From NCBI RefSeq assembly GCF_902713615.1, contig NC_052155.1, forward strand, positions 115,839,316 to 115,903,315: a DNA stretch of 64,000 nucleotides, written 5' to 3'. How positions within the stretch are numbered: the first letter of the stretch is position 1; every line of letters begins with the position of its first letter. The notes below the pieces were generated by a model. That model was not told the origin of the DNA and ran no database searches. It saw only the letters and a program-made list of their open reading frames with translations. The stretch is from Scyliorhinus canicula. Taxonomy: Eukaryota. Both the position numbers and the translations under genes were made by a program. Shown here piece by piece: positions 1 to 12,335 of the stretch.

Positions 1-2946
1 TCTGGGAGGCGCTGAAGGCGGTGGTTCGGGGGAGTTGATCTCCATTTGGGCCCACAGGGAGAGAGAGGAGCAGAGAGAAAGGGAGAGATTGGTGGGGGAG
101 ATGGTGAGGGTGGACAGGAGGTACGCGGAGGCCCCGGAGGAGGGATTGCTGAGGGAGCGGCGCAGCCTTCGTGCTGAGTTCGACTTGTTGACCACCAGAA
201 AGGCAGAGGCTCAATGGAGAAAGGCTCAGGGTGCGGTGTACGAGTATGGGGAGAAGGCGAGTAGGATGCTGGCACACCAGCTCCGTAAGCGGGATGCGGC
301 TAGGGAGATTGGTGGAGTTAAGGACCGGGGAGGAAATGTAGTGCGGAGGGGGGTAGACATTAATGGGGTCTTCAGGGACTTTTATGAGAGACTATATCGG
401 TCCGAACCTCCGGCGGAGAAGGGGGGGATGGGGCGCTTTTTGGACCGGCTGAGATTCCCGAGGGTGGAGGAGGAACGGGTGGAGGGTCTGGGGGCGCCAG
501 TTGAGCTTGAGGAGCTGGTTAAAGGGTAAGGGAACATGCAGTCAGGGAAGGCGCCGAGGCCGGATGGGTTCCCGGTTTAATTTTACAAGGCGTATGCAGA
601 CCTGCTGGGCCCCCTGTTGGTTAGGACCTTTAACGAGGCGAGGGAGGGGGGGCTTTTCCCCTGACGATGTCTCGGGCGCTGATCTCTTTGATCCTTAAGC
701 GAGACAAGGATCCCCTGCAGTGTGGGTCATACAGGCCGATCTCACTCCTGAATGTGGATGCCAAGTTGTTGGAAAAGATCTTAGCCACGAGGATAGAAGA
801 TTGTGTGCCGCAGGTTATCCACGAGGATCAAACGGGGTTTGTGAAGGGGCTGGCAGCTGAACACTAATATACGGAGGCTCTTGAACGTTATTATGATGCC
901 AGCGGTGGAAGGGGAGGCGGAGATAGTGGTGGCGCTAGATGCGGAGAAGGCCTTTGATAGGGTCGAGTGGAGGTACTTGTGGGAGGTGCTGGAAAGGTTC
1001 GGGTTTGGGGAGGGGTTTGTCAGTTGGGTGAGGCTGTTGTATGAGGCCCCGATGGCGAGTGTGGCCACGAATAAGAGGAGGTCGGAGTATTTTCGACTAT
1101 ACCGAGGGACGAGGCAGGGGTGTCCCCTGTCCCCCCTACTTTTTGCGCTGGCAATTGAACCCTTGGCTATGGCGCTGAGGGAGTCGGGGGATTGGAGGGG
1201 GCTGGTCCGGGGTGGGGAGGGGCACCGAGTGTCGCTCTATGCGGATGACCTATTGTTGTATGTGGCGGACCCGGTGGGGGGAATGCCGGCGGTGATGGGG
1301 ATTCTCCGGGAATTTGGGGATTTCTCAGGGTATAAGCTTAACTTTGGGAAAAGCAAGCTGTTTGTGGTACACCCGGGAGACCAGGAGGGGGGGGGGGGGT
1401 TGGGAGGCTCCCACTGAAAAGGGCGGAGAGGAGCTTCAGGTACTTGGGGGTTCAGGTGGCCAGGAGCTGGGGGGCCTTGCATAAGCTAAACCTCACAAGG
1501 CTAGTGGAGCAAATGGAGGAGGAGTTTAAGAGGTGGGGCATGCTGCCGCTGTCTTTGGCGGGTAGGGTGCAGTCAATCAAGATAACGGCGCTCCCGAGGT
1601 TTCTGTTCTTGTTCCAGTGCCTCCCCATCCTTATCCCAAAGGCCTTTTTTAGGCGGGTTAACAGGAGCATTACGGGGTTTGTGTGGGCACACGGGACTCC
1701 AAGGGTGAGACGGGTGTTCTTGGAGCGGGGATGGGGGCTGGCATTGCCCAACCTCTGTGGGTATTATTGGGCTGCCAACTCAGCGATGGTGCGTAAGTAG
1801 GTAATGGACGGGGAGGGGGTGGCAGGGATGAGGCTGGAGATGGCATCCTGTGTGGGTACGAGCCTGGAAGCGCTGGCAACGGCGCCGCTGCCGCTCCCTC
1901 CGACGAGGTATACCACGAGCCCGGTGGTGGCAACTACCCTCAAGATTTGGGGGTAATGGAGGCGGCACAGGGGGGAGGTGGGGGCCTCGATGCGGTTCCC
2001 GATACGGGGGAACCACCGGTTTGTTCCGGGGAGAATTGATGGCGGGTTCCTGAGTTGGCACAGGGCAGGTGTCAGGAGGCTGGGGGACCTGTTCATAGAC
2101 AGGAAGTTTGCGAGGCCTGGGTGAGCTGGAAGGGAAGTTCAGGTTCCTCCCGGGGAACACCTTTAGGTACATGCAAGTAAGGGCGTTTGTCAGGCGGCAG
2201 GTGGCGGGGTTCCCCCTGCTGCCGCCGCGTGGGGTCCAGGACAGGGTGCTCTCGGGGGTATGGGTTGGAGAGGGGAGGATCTCGGAAGTGTACCAGGTGA
2301 TGCAGGAGGTAGACGAGGCCTCGGTGGAGGAGCTGAAAGATAAATGGGAGGAGGAGCTGGGTGTGGAGATTGAGGAGGGGACGTGGGCGGATACCCTAGA
2401 AAGGGTGAACTCCTCCTCTTCGTGTGCGAGGCTTAGCCTCATACAGTTTAAGGTACTGCATAGGGCTCATATGACCGGGACAAGGATGAGCCGGTTTTTT
2501 GGGACCGAGGACGGGTGTATTAGGTGCTCAGGGAGCCCAGCAAACTATGGCCACATGTTCTGGACATGCCCAGCGCTGGGGGAATTTTGGAAGGTTGTAG
2601 CAAGGACGGTATCGAGGGTGGTAGGATCCAGGGTCAATCCAGGCTGGGGACTCGCAATATTTGGGGTTGCAGTGGAGCCGTGAGTGCAGGAGGCGAAAGA
2701 GGCCGGTGTTCTGGCCTTTGCGTCCCTAGTAGCCTGGCGGAGGATTCTTCTTCAGTGGAAGGATGCGAGGCCCCCAAGCATGGAGGCCTGGGTCAACGAT
2801 ATGGCGGGGTTTATTAAATTGGAGAGGGTGAAATTTGCCCTAAGGGGGTCAGTGCAGGGGTTTTTCAGGAGATGGCAACCATTCCTAGATCTCCTGGCAG
2901 AACGGTAAAAACAAAAGGTCAGCAGCAGCAGGAACCGGGGTGGGGG
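1..2946 (+). mobile_element. L1-clade LINE, ORF2 (linker, RT, C-terminal Cys region), degraded; 5' part outside the window, 3'UTR cut off in a G-rich tract
   Basis: ORF fragments with GSYRPISLLNVDAK, DAEKAFDRVEW, GTRQGCPLSPLLF, LYADD and C-terminal CxRC...HMFWTCP; stop at 2908; multiple stops and frameshifts; near-identical to the copy at 45134-48996. Confidence 0.93.
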
Positions 2947-5900
2947 CGAAACCCCCGTGGTAGTACCCCTGGAAAAACCAAATAGCCGCTCGTGATGGGT
3001 CTGGTTGGTGGCCGTACATTGGAGGGACCTAAGAGCATGGAGCGCGTCGGGGAGGACCTCCTGCCAATGGGAGGTCGGGAGCTTCCTGGACCGGAAGGTC
3101 AGTAGGATGGTCTTCCAGACCATCGCGTTCTCCCTCTCCACCCGCCCGTTCCCCCTGGGGTTATAGCTGGTAGTCCTGCTCAAGGCGATGCCCTTTATGA
3201 GCAGGTACTGACGCAGCTCGTCACTCATAAAGGACGAACCCCTATCGCTGTGTACATAGCTGGGGAAACCAAACAGGGTGAAGATACTATGCAGGGCCCT
3301 AATGACTGTGGGAGGTCATATCGGGGCACGGGATAGCAAAGGGGAAGCGAGAGAACTCGTCTATTACGTTCAGGAAGTACACATTCCTATTGGTCGAGGG
3401 GAGTGGCCCTTTGAAATCGATACTTAGGCGTTCAAAGGGCCGGGAGGCCTTGACCAGGTGGGCCCTGTCTGGTCTATAGAAGTGCGGTTTGCACTCCGCA
3501 CAGATCGGGCAATCCCTGGTGATGGCTTTTACCTCCTCGGTGGAGAAAGGCAGGTTTCGGGCTTTGATGTAGTGGGCGGGCCGGGTGACCCCCGGGTGGC
3601 AGAAGTCATTGGGGATAGCTTTGAGGCGGTCGTCTTGTGCGCTGGCGCACGTGCCACGGGACAGGGCATCTGGGGGCTCGTTAAGCTTCCCCGGTCGGTA
3701 CATGATATCGTACTTGTAGGTGGAGAGTTCGATCCTCCACCGTAGGATCTTATAGTTTTTAATTTTGTCCCTTTGTGAGTTGTCAAACATAAAGGCAACC
3801 GATCTTTGGTCGGTGATGAGGGTGAACCTCCTACCTGCGAGGTAGTGCCTCCAGTGACGTATAGCTTCCACGATGGCTTGTGCTTCCTTTTCGACCGAGG
3901 AGTGTCGAAGTTCCGAAGCGGAGAGGGTTCGGGGGCAAAAGGGCAACTGGTCTCCCTGCCTTACTTAGTGTGGCAGCGAGAGCAACCTCTGAGGCATCGC
4001 TCTCTACCTGGAAAGGGACGGATTCATCCACCGCCTGCATGGCCGCTTTGGCGATGTCTTCCTTGATACGAGTGAAGGCCTGACGAGCCCATCCGATAGA
4101 GGGAAGAGTGTGGCCTTAAATAGTGGGCGGGCTTTGTCCGCATACTGAGGGACCCACTGGGCATAATATGAGAAAAGCCCCAGGTACCTTTTGAGGGCCT
4201 TGGGACAATGAGGGAGAGGGAGCCCAGGTCGGGGCCCAGGACTCCGTTTTCCATGACATAGCCGAGGATGGCTAGCCTGGTCATGCGGAAAATGCATTTC
4301 TCCGTGTTGTAAGTAAGATTAAGTTTCTGGGCAGTTTGGAGAAATCGATGGAGGTTAGCGTCGTGGTCCTGCTGATCATGGCCACAGATGGTGACGTTGT
4401 CCAAGTACGGAAACGTGGCCCGCAGCCCGTACTGGTCCACCATTCGGTCCATTGCTCGTTGGAACACTGAGACCCCATTCGTGACGCCAAAGGGAACCCG
4501 GAGGAAGTGGAAGAGGCGGCCGTCAGCCTCAAACGCCGTGAAGTGGCGGTCCTCCGGGCGGATTGGGAGCTCGTGGTATGCAGACTTCAGATCCACCGTG
4601 GAGAAGACGCGATAGTGGGCGATCTGATTCACCATGTCTGCAATCCTGGGGAGGGGGTACGCATCGAGGAGCATGAACCGATTAATGGTTTGGCTATAGT
4701 CCACTACCATTCGGAATTTTTCCCCGGTCTTGACGACCACCACCTGAGCTCTCCAGGGGCTATTACTGGCCTCTGTGATCCCCTCACGTAGGAGCCTATG
4801 GACCTCGGTTCTGATAAACACCCTGTCCTGCAGGCTGTACCGCCTGCTGCGAGTGGCTACGGGTTTGCAGTCCGGCGTGAGATTGGCAAAGAGTGGAGGG
4901 GGGTCGATTTTTAGCGTAGCAAGGCTGCAAATAGTGAGCGGGGGCAAGGGCCCGTCGAAGCTGAGTGTGAGTCTTTTCAGGTTACACTGGAAGTCGAGTC
5001 CCAGTAGAGTGGGGCGCAGAGTTCAGGGAGCACGTACAGCTGGAAGTTCGAGTAGCTAGTGCCCTGGATCGTTAGGGTCGCAACCGTGCGCCCTTGGAGG
5101 TGAACAGAGTGAGAGCCCGAAGCGAGGGAGATAGTTTGCCGTGCAGGGAAGATAGAGAGCGAACAGCGTCTTACCAGATCTGGGTGTACGAAGCTCTCGG
5201 TGCTCGGAGTCGAAGAGGCACGATGTCCTGTACCCGTTGATTTCAATGGTCATCATGGAGTTGCGGAGATGTTTCGGATGCGACTGGTCCAAAGTCACCG
5301 CGCTGAGTTGCGGGTAGTCAGCGGCTGGATCAACTGTGCTGGAGTGGCCCCGTGATGACTGCCCTCTGAATTCGTAGCCTTCGAGGCGATTTTCTGAGCG
5401 AGGAGAGGAAGGATACCAAGATGCCCGCCCCCGTGGATCGCACGTGGCGGGCGGCGAGGAAGATGGCGGCCCCCATGAGTCGCACGTGGCCGGCCGCGTG
5501 GAGGGGGGTTGCCAAGATGGCGGCCCCCATGAGTCGCATGTGTCGTTTGGGGGCGGAGTCGGAGTACAGGCCGCAGCATTTCGGGGCCTGCGGGCCTGTG
5601 GAGTTTGAAAACGAGTGCTCTGGGAGGCTGCGGAAGAGTTAGGAGATGGGGCCTGCTTTGCCAGGCAGACCCGGGCATAGTGTCCCTTGCGACCGCAGCT
5701 GCTGCAGGTCGCGTTACGGGCCGGGCAATACTGCCGTGGGTGCTGGGGCTGCCCGCAAAAATGGCATCCTGGAGCTGCGTGGTGGCTGGGTGGCCGCGCG
5801 GCGCAGGCCTGGGGAAGTCGCTGGTCGGGGGCCCAGGATGGGGTCGCTTGGTCCGCGGGGAATGAGGTGAGGCTGCGGAACGAGACCAATTCTACCGTGT

Positions 5901-6691
5901 CCTCTAGATTCTGGGCCCCTTTTTCGAGCAACCGCTGGCGTACATAGTTTGATCTGAGGCCTGCCACGTACACATCCCCGACGGTGAGCTCCATGTGCTG
6001 TTCGGCTGATACAGCCTGGTAATTACAGTCCCGAGCTAAAGTCTTTAAGTCCCGCAGGAATTCTTCCAACGACTCCGCGGGGCGCTGGCGGCGGGTTGTA
6101 AAAATATGGCGCGCGTAGACCTCATTGATGGGCCTCATGTACATTCGATCTAGCATGGCTAGGGCCCCCGTATACGAGTTAGTACTATTGAGTTGAGTAG
6201 ATATACGGTGGCTCACCCTTGCGTGCAGTAGATTGAGTTTCTGCTCCTCTGTAGTTTCTGGAGTACTTGGATTCAGCTAGGTAGGCCTTAAAACATCTGA
6301 GCCAGTGTTGAAAGATTTCTCTTGCCTCTGCAGCCTGCGGGTCGAGTTCTAGTCAGTCAGGTTTGAGGGCTGATTCCATAGTCGTTTTCTTCTAGTTTCC
6401 TAAGACTATTAAATTGATGTGACCATCAATTCACAAGACACGTGGTTGAAAGTGAACAGTGGTTTTAATAGTCTTACAACAGAACCTGCCTACGACGTGA
6501 TGAACTGGCAGGCAGGCTCACGACTGCAAAGCTTTATACTTCCGGTTAGTGGGAGGAGGCATGGGCGGAGCCCAGTACAAACTCATCTCCCCCAATGGGC
6601 AGAGCCACGCAACTGCTCGTATACCGAGCTAACATGAATACAGAACATCATATAACAACAGTGTGAATTACGCGGAATGTGATTCACCACA
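2947..6691 (-). mobile_element. Ty3/Gypsy (Mag-like) LTR retrotransposon A: 5' LTR, gag-PR-RT-RH-IN, 3' end missing
   Basis: Gag ATG at 6379; double CCHC knuckle CHFCGQPQHPRQYC..CSSCGRKGHYARVC; protease LFDS; RT YLDN; RNase H; integrase; frameshifted. Confidence 0.93.
6415..6691 (-). repeat. 5' LTR of element A (277 bp)
   Basis: TGTGGTGAA...CATCA termini on the minus strand; TATAAA and ATTAAA inside; immediately upstream of gag. Confidence 0.85.
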
Positions 6692-6748
6692 GGTAGCTTC
6701 CCCTTTTTCGGGATCAACAAAATCGTCACCTTGTCAACGTTGCTGGCA

Positions 6749-6780
<32 letters not shown>

Positions 6781-8526
6781 ACCCCCCCACTGAACATCCC
6801 CAACAGGCGGGGGCCAACTCTGTCGCAAACTACTTATAGAATTCTGCCAGAAAACTATCCGGGCCAGGGACCTTCCACAACTGCATTCCTGATTCTATCC
6901 ATCACCTCCCTCAGCCCCAGCGGCTCCTCCAATGCTTGCCTCTTCCCCTCCTCCAACACTGGGAACTCTAACCATCCAGAAACCATCCCATATCCCCATC
7001 TCTGCACCCGACTGAGCCTTATACAACTTCTCCTAGTACCCCTTGAACATCTCATTTATCTTTTCCAGCTCCGATACCATCTCCCCCTTTTCTGCCCTTA
7101 CCGTTAAAATATCCTTAGACGCTGCCTACTGCCGCAATTGGTCGGCTAGCATACCTTCTCTCCATACTCATACTGCAATCCCCTCGCCCTCCACAGCTGA
7201 TTTACCTATCATCAGGCTATCAAACTGCTTTTCAACCTCTTCCTCTCCACCAGCAACTTCTTGGTAGCCAAGTATCTTCTATCCACCTCCACTATCTCGT
7301 CCAACAGCCGCCTAAACTCTTCCTCCCTCCTCCTGTCTCTATGAGCATTAAACAAAATAATCTAATCTCGGACCACCACCTTTAAAGCTTCCAAAAACAT
7401 GGCTGCAACACTTCCCCATTCTGATTCAGTTCCACATAATTCCTAATCGCCACCCTCACCTACCCACAAAACGCCTTGTCCGCCAGAAGTCCCGAATCCA
7501 ACCTCTGCACCTGCCCCGAACTGAGCCTCATATGTAGCCAACGCGGCCTGTGGTCCGAATCACAATTCCCACATATTCCACCCCACCACCTCCATCAGCA
7601 TCGCCCGACTCACAACAAATAAAATCAATTCTAGAATACACCTTATACACGTGTGAAAATAAATACTCCCTGCCCCCAGGTTTCTAAACCTCCGCGGATC
7701 CACCCACCCCATGCTCTCCATAAATTCTCCCAGCTCCTTCGCCATCCTGGACCTTTCCACCTTCAGTTCTATTACACAGTTAAAATCCCCTCCCATGATC
7801 AACTGGTGCGGGTCTAGGTCTGGAATCACCTCCAGTAGCTTCTTTACAAACCTCCGCATCATCTCAGTTATGCGCATATATGTTGACTAACACTACCGGC
7901 GCCCCCTCTAACACCCCACTCACTATTACAAACCTTCCCCCCGGATCTCTCACCTCCCTGGCCCTCACAAACTCAGTTTTCTTGCTTAACAAAATGACCA
8001 CCACCTTGACTTCAAATCAAACCCCAAGTTAAATACCTGTCCCACACATCCCTTCACCCAGATATGAGTCTTCTGCAAGAAGATCACCTCCGCTCTCAAA
8101 CCCCTCAGGTGTGTGAAAACCCTGGACCTCTTGACCGGTCTGTTCAACCCATGGGCATTTCATGCGGAGGCTTGCGACTCCCCTCCCCCCGGCTATCATC
8201 CGCCATCGTCCCTCTTCGATTCTGCTTCTCCCAATTCCCCACTCCATCCATGACCACTCTCATCCACCAAATCTGCCGTGGTGCACCCCCATTCCTCCTC
8301 CCCGCCACACTTTCGTTCACCGGCATTCCTTGCTAGCGTGGCATCTCCGGCCCAAAGGTCCTCCTGCATCCCTCCCCCCACCAATCCCACCTTGGCCTAC
8401 CCAACCGGCCCCCAACCACCTTGAATAACGGCCAAACCATTAACACCACCCAAGGAGCCCCAACAAACACACCCCTGACATGGAAAAAACACTGCAATTC
8501 ACAAATAACCTCCTCCCCCAAAAAGC

Positions 8527-8577
<51 letters not shown>

Positions 8578-9490
8578 GGGAGAGAGTGATCGCTCCTCTT
8601 CCAAACTTACAGCTTCCATCAAGAAAAGAACCGCCCTCCAAATCGGCAACCTAAAACTTTAATAAGTCCCAGTTTTCACAGACTTAATCTTCTATCCCAT
8701 ACCACTCCTCAGCTTTCCCCCAACTTATGGTCCCTTATAAAGTCATTCGCCTCCTCTGGCATTTCAAAATAATACTCCAGGCTGTCATGAATCACCCAGA
8801 GTCTGGCCGGGTACAACACCCGAACCCGTAACCTGTACAGCATCGCCTTGGCCTTGTTGAAACCTGCACGCCTCTTCACCAGCTCCGCGCCAATGTTCTG
8901 GCAAATTCAGACTCGACTACCCTCCCATTACAGACTCATTTCACCCTGGTACACATGAGGATCTTTTTCTTGTCCAAAAACATGTGCATCCCCACAATTT
9001 CTGCCCGTGGCGGCTCCCCTGTTCTCAGCTTCTGCCTTAAGGACCTACGGGCCCAATCCACCTCTGGGGCCATATCCAGCACCTTCTCCTGCACTAACCT
9101 GGCCAACATCCTCGAGACGTGCTCAATGGCACTGGTTTCCTCCACACCCTCCAGCAGACCCCAATTTGCAAATTCTGTCGTCTGGACCGGTTCTCCTGCT
9201 CTTCCAACTTCGACCGCAGTGACTTGCACAGATCCCTACCTCTGTCTCCAATGACACAATCTTGTCACTCTGGTCAGACACCATCTTCTCCACCTCGCAA
9301 ATCGTCGCCCCCTGCGCTTCGAGGCATTTTTCCACCTGATCCAGAGACCCGTGAAGAGGTGCCACTGCATAATCAATCGCCTTCGACCAGTCACAGTGCA
9401 TCTCCTTCCCCTGTTGTCAAAATTTCTCGTTGATGAATATCATCAATTGCTCCATCTCAGACTTTGCCACCGATGAGTCCTTCCTCCTGT
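6692..9490 (-). mobile_element. Old L1-clade LINE (ORF1, endonuclease, start of RT), interrupted by element A
   Basis: ORF1-like fragments (EVDWARRSLRQK..PPRAEIV), endonuclease motifs IMGGDFNCV and SDH, VTILLIPKKGK abutting the LTR of A. Confidence 0.8.
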
Positions 9491-9494
9491 GCCA

Positions 9495-9848
9495 CAGGTC
9501 TCCTCTAGCTGAGGTGATAAAGTACTTCAATCAGTATTGCTCTCTGAAAAAGGATGAAACTTAAACATGGCACATGGCGTATCCAGAAAGAACAGCTTCA
9601 AATAGAAAGCCATATCAAAATGTCTCATACAAGTGAGCGGGTTGCACAGCAGACCAGCATGCTCAACAAAATTTTTTTTGACACCAACAAGAAAGAAGCA
9701 CTGGCGCCATAAGCACTGTCACGCAATAGAAAAAGAAATGTGGTCAGCGTGGGCAGCCATTTTGAGAGCACTGTGACGCAGTCGAAAAAGAAACGTTGTC
9801 ACAGAGTGGGTGGCCATTTTAAGTGGCCAACCAGAGCCGTCATCCTAT
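9495..9848 (+). mobile_element. Probable gag remnant of an older Gypsy element (E), putative host of element B
   Basis: Gag-like peptide EVIKYFNQYCSLKKDET and a ~55-bp imperfect tandem repeat; a matching 3' remnant and LTR lie at 17790-18873. Confidence 0.4.
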
Positions 9849-10501
9849 TGTGGTGAACGTATTGTACTAACCATTCACCACTGTATTACATTGTATCACG
9901 CTGTTGCCCATGTGGGCTCCATCTATGGACCATTGTATTGTACTACAGAGAATGTATCATGTTGGTGCCCTTGTGGGCTCCGCCCCCTTGAGGGGACATA
10001 TAAAGAGCAGCTGCCCTGTAGGCGGCTCTCACTAGCAGAGCAGTCGCAGCCAGGCACTGTTCTCGTCGATTAAAGTCACTGTTCACTTCAACTCTCTGTC
10101 TCGCGTGAATTGATGGTCGCATCAATTTAATCGAATACAACATCGCTATGGAAGCAGCCGTCAAACCTGACTGACTGGAACTCGACCCACAGGAAGCCAA
10201 AGGAATTTTTCCACACTGGCTCCGATGTTTTGAGGCCTCCCTCGCCGCCTCCTCCTTGCCCACCATTACCAATGAACAGAAGCTGAGCCTCCTCCACGCT
10301 CAGGTGAGCCATCAAATCTCTGTACAACTACGTGAAGCCGATGAACGAACTGTACGCGCGGCATCTCCTCACCACTTGTTGCCAATGCCCCGGAGAATCG
10401 CTTGAGGAGTACCTACGCGACCTCAAAGTCCTCGCGCGAAGCTGCAACTACCAGGCCGTCACGGCCTCTCAACATATGGAACTCACCTTCCAGGACACCT
10501 A

Positions 10502-10606
10502 ATGTAACGTAATGTAAATCGCTTATTGTCACAAGTAGGCTTCAATGAAGTTACTGTGAAAAGCCCCTAGTCGCCACATTCCGGCACCTGTTCGGGGAGG
10601 CTGTTA
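10502..10606 (-). mobile_element. 5'-truncated SINE inserted in gag of B
   Basis: Reverse complement of the 3' half of the SINE at 18438-18626, with a short repeat tail. Confidence 0.8.
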
Positions 10607-10781
10607 CGTGGCTGGAGTCAGGTCCAACTACGTCAGACAGCGCCTGCTCGAGAAAGGCGCCCTCGACCTAGAAGAGACGGTAAAACTAGCCACCTCCCTA
10701 GAAGTAGTGTTCCAAAGCCTCAACGCATTCCCGTCGGATCACCCGACCCCCCTCGTGGACCCCCGACTAGAGAGTACCTCA

Positions 10782-11165
10782 GGCCTGTGCCACGTGGCTG
10801 CCCGCCCAACCCAGGGGGCTACCCTGCTATTTCTGCGGCTAGCACCAGCACCAAGGCAAGGCCTGTGCCGCGCGGCTGCCCGCCCAACCCAGGGGGCTAC
10901 CCTGCTATTTCTGCGGCTAGCACCAGCACCAAGGCAAGGCCTGTGCCGCGCGGCTGCCCACCCAACCCAGGGGGCTATCCTGCTATTTCTGCGGCTAGCA
11001 CCAGCACCAAGGCAAGGCCTGTGCCGCGCGGCTGCCCGCCCAACCCAGGGGGCTACCCTGCTATTTCTGCGGCTAGCACCAGCACCAAGGCAAGGCCTGT
11101 GCCGCGCGGCTGCCCACCCAACCCAGGGGGCTACCCTGCTATTTCTGCGGCTAGCACCAGCACCC
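10782..11165 (+). repeat. 78-bp tandem repeat, about 5 copies, within gag of B
   Basis: Unit GGCCTGTGCCGCGCGGCTGCCC...CACCAAGGCAA; 26-aa periodicity in the ORF track. Confidence 0.95.
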
Positions 11166-12335
11166 CAGGCAGCACTGCCCGGCTCAGAATGCGAACTGCA
11201 GCGACTGCGGCAAAAAGGGAGACTTTGTCAAAGTTTGCCTGGCCTGGTCCAAATCCTCCAAATCGCAGGCCCGACTCTTGGACTCAGGCCCGCAGACCCC
11301 GCAGTGTGGCTGCGTGCCAGTCGGCTCTGCCCCCTCCGGACGCGTCATCTGCCTCGTGTTGTCCGTGGGGGCAGTCATTTTCAACTCCGCACAACACGTG
11401 TAACTCATGGGGGCCCCCACCTTGGACGTCATCTTCCTCCCTGCCCGACACGTGCGGCCAACGGGAGCTGCCATCTTGGCCGCCATCTGCAATGCCGCCT
11501 GACACATGTGACCGACAGGGGCAGCCATCTTGGGACCACCCCATCACCTCCGACCACGCCGGCTACCCGCAACTCGGCACGGTCACTCTTGACCAGTCAT
11601 GGCCAAAACACCTCCAGAACGCCATGATGACCGTCCGGGTCAATGGACACGAAACGCCTTGCCTGTTTGACTCTGGGAGCATGGAGAGCTTCATTCACCC
11701 AGATTCGGTAAGGCGCTGTTCGCTCCAAATCTTCCCTGCACTTGAAACAATCTCCCTCGCTTCCGGATCGCACTCAGTGCAGATCCAGGGGTACACTGTC
11801 GCGAACCTTGCAATACAGGGCGCTGAGTATGCCAATTTTAAACAATATGTACTCCCCGATCTCTGCGCTCCTCTCCTGTTGGTACTGGACTTCCAGTGCA
11901 ACCTCAGGAGCCTAACCCTGAAGTTTGGCGGGCCCCTACCCCCACTCACCGTATGTAGCCTCGCGACCCTGAAGGTCGACCCTCCCCCGCTCTTCGCAAA
12001 TCTCACCGCCGACTGTAAACCAGTCGACACCAGAAGCAGGCGGTACAGTATCCAGGACAGGACTTTTATGAGGTCCGAGGTCCAGCGATTCTTGCGGGAA
12101 GGGATCATCGAGGCCAGTAATAGTCCCTGGAGAGCTCAGGTGGTGGTCATCAGGACTGGGGAGAAGAAGCGGATGGTTGTAGGCTACAGCCAAACCATAA
12201 ACCGGTACATGCACCTCGATGCGTACCTCCTCCCCCGGATAGCGGACATGGTTAATCAGATCGCACACTACCGAGTCTTTTCCACGGTGGATCTGAAGTC
12301 CGCATACCACCTGCTCCCAATCCGCCCAGAGGGCT

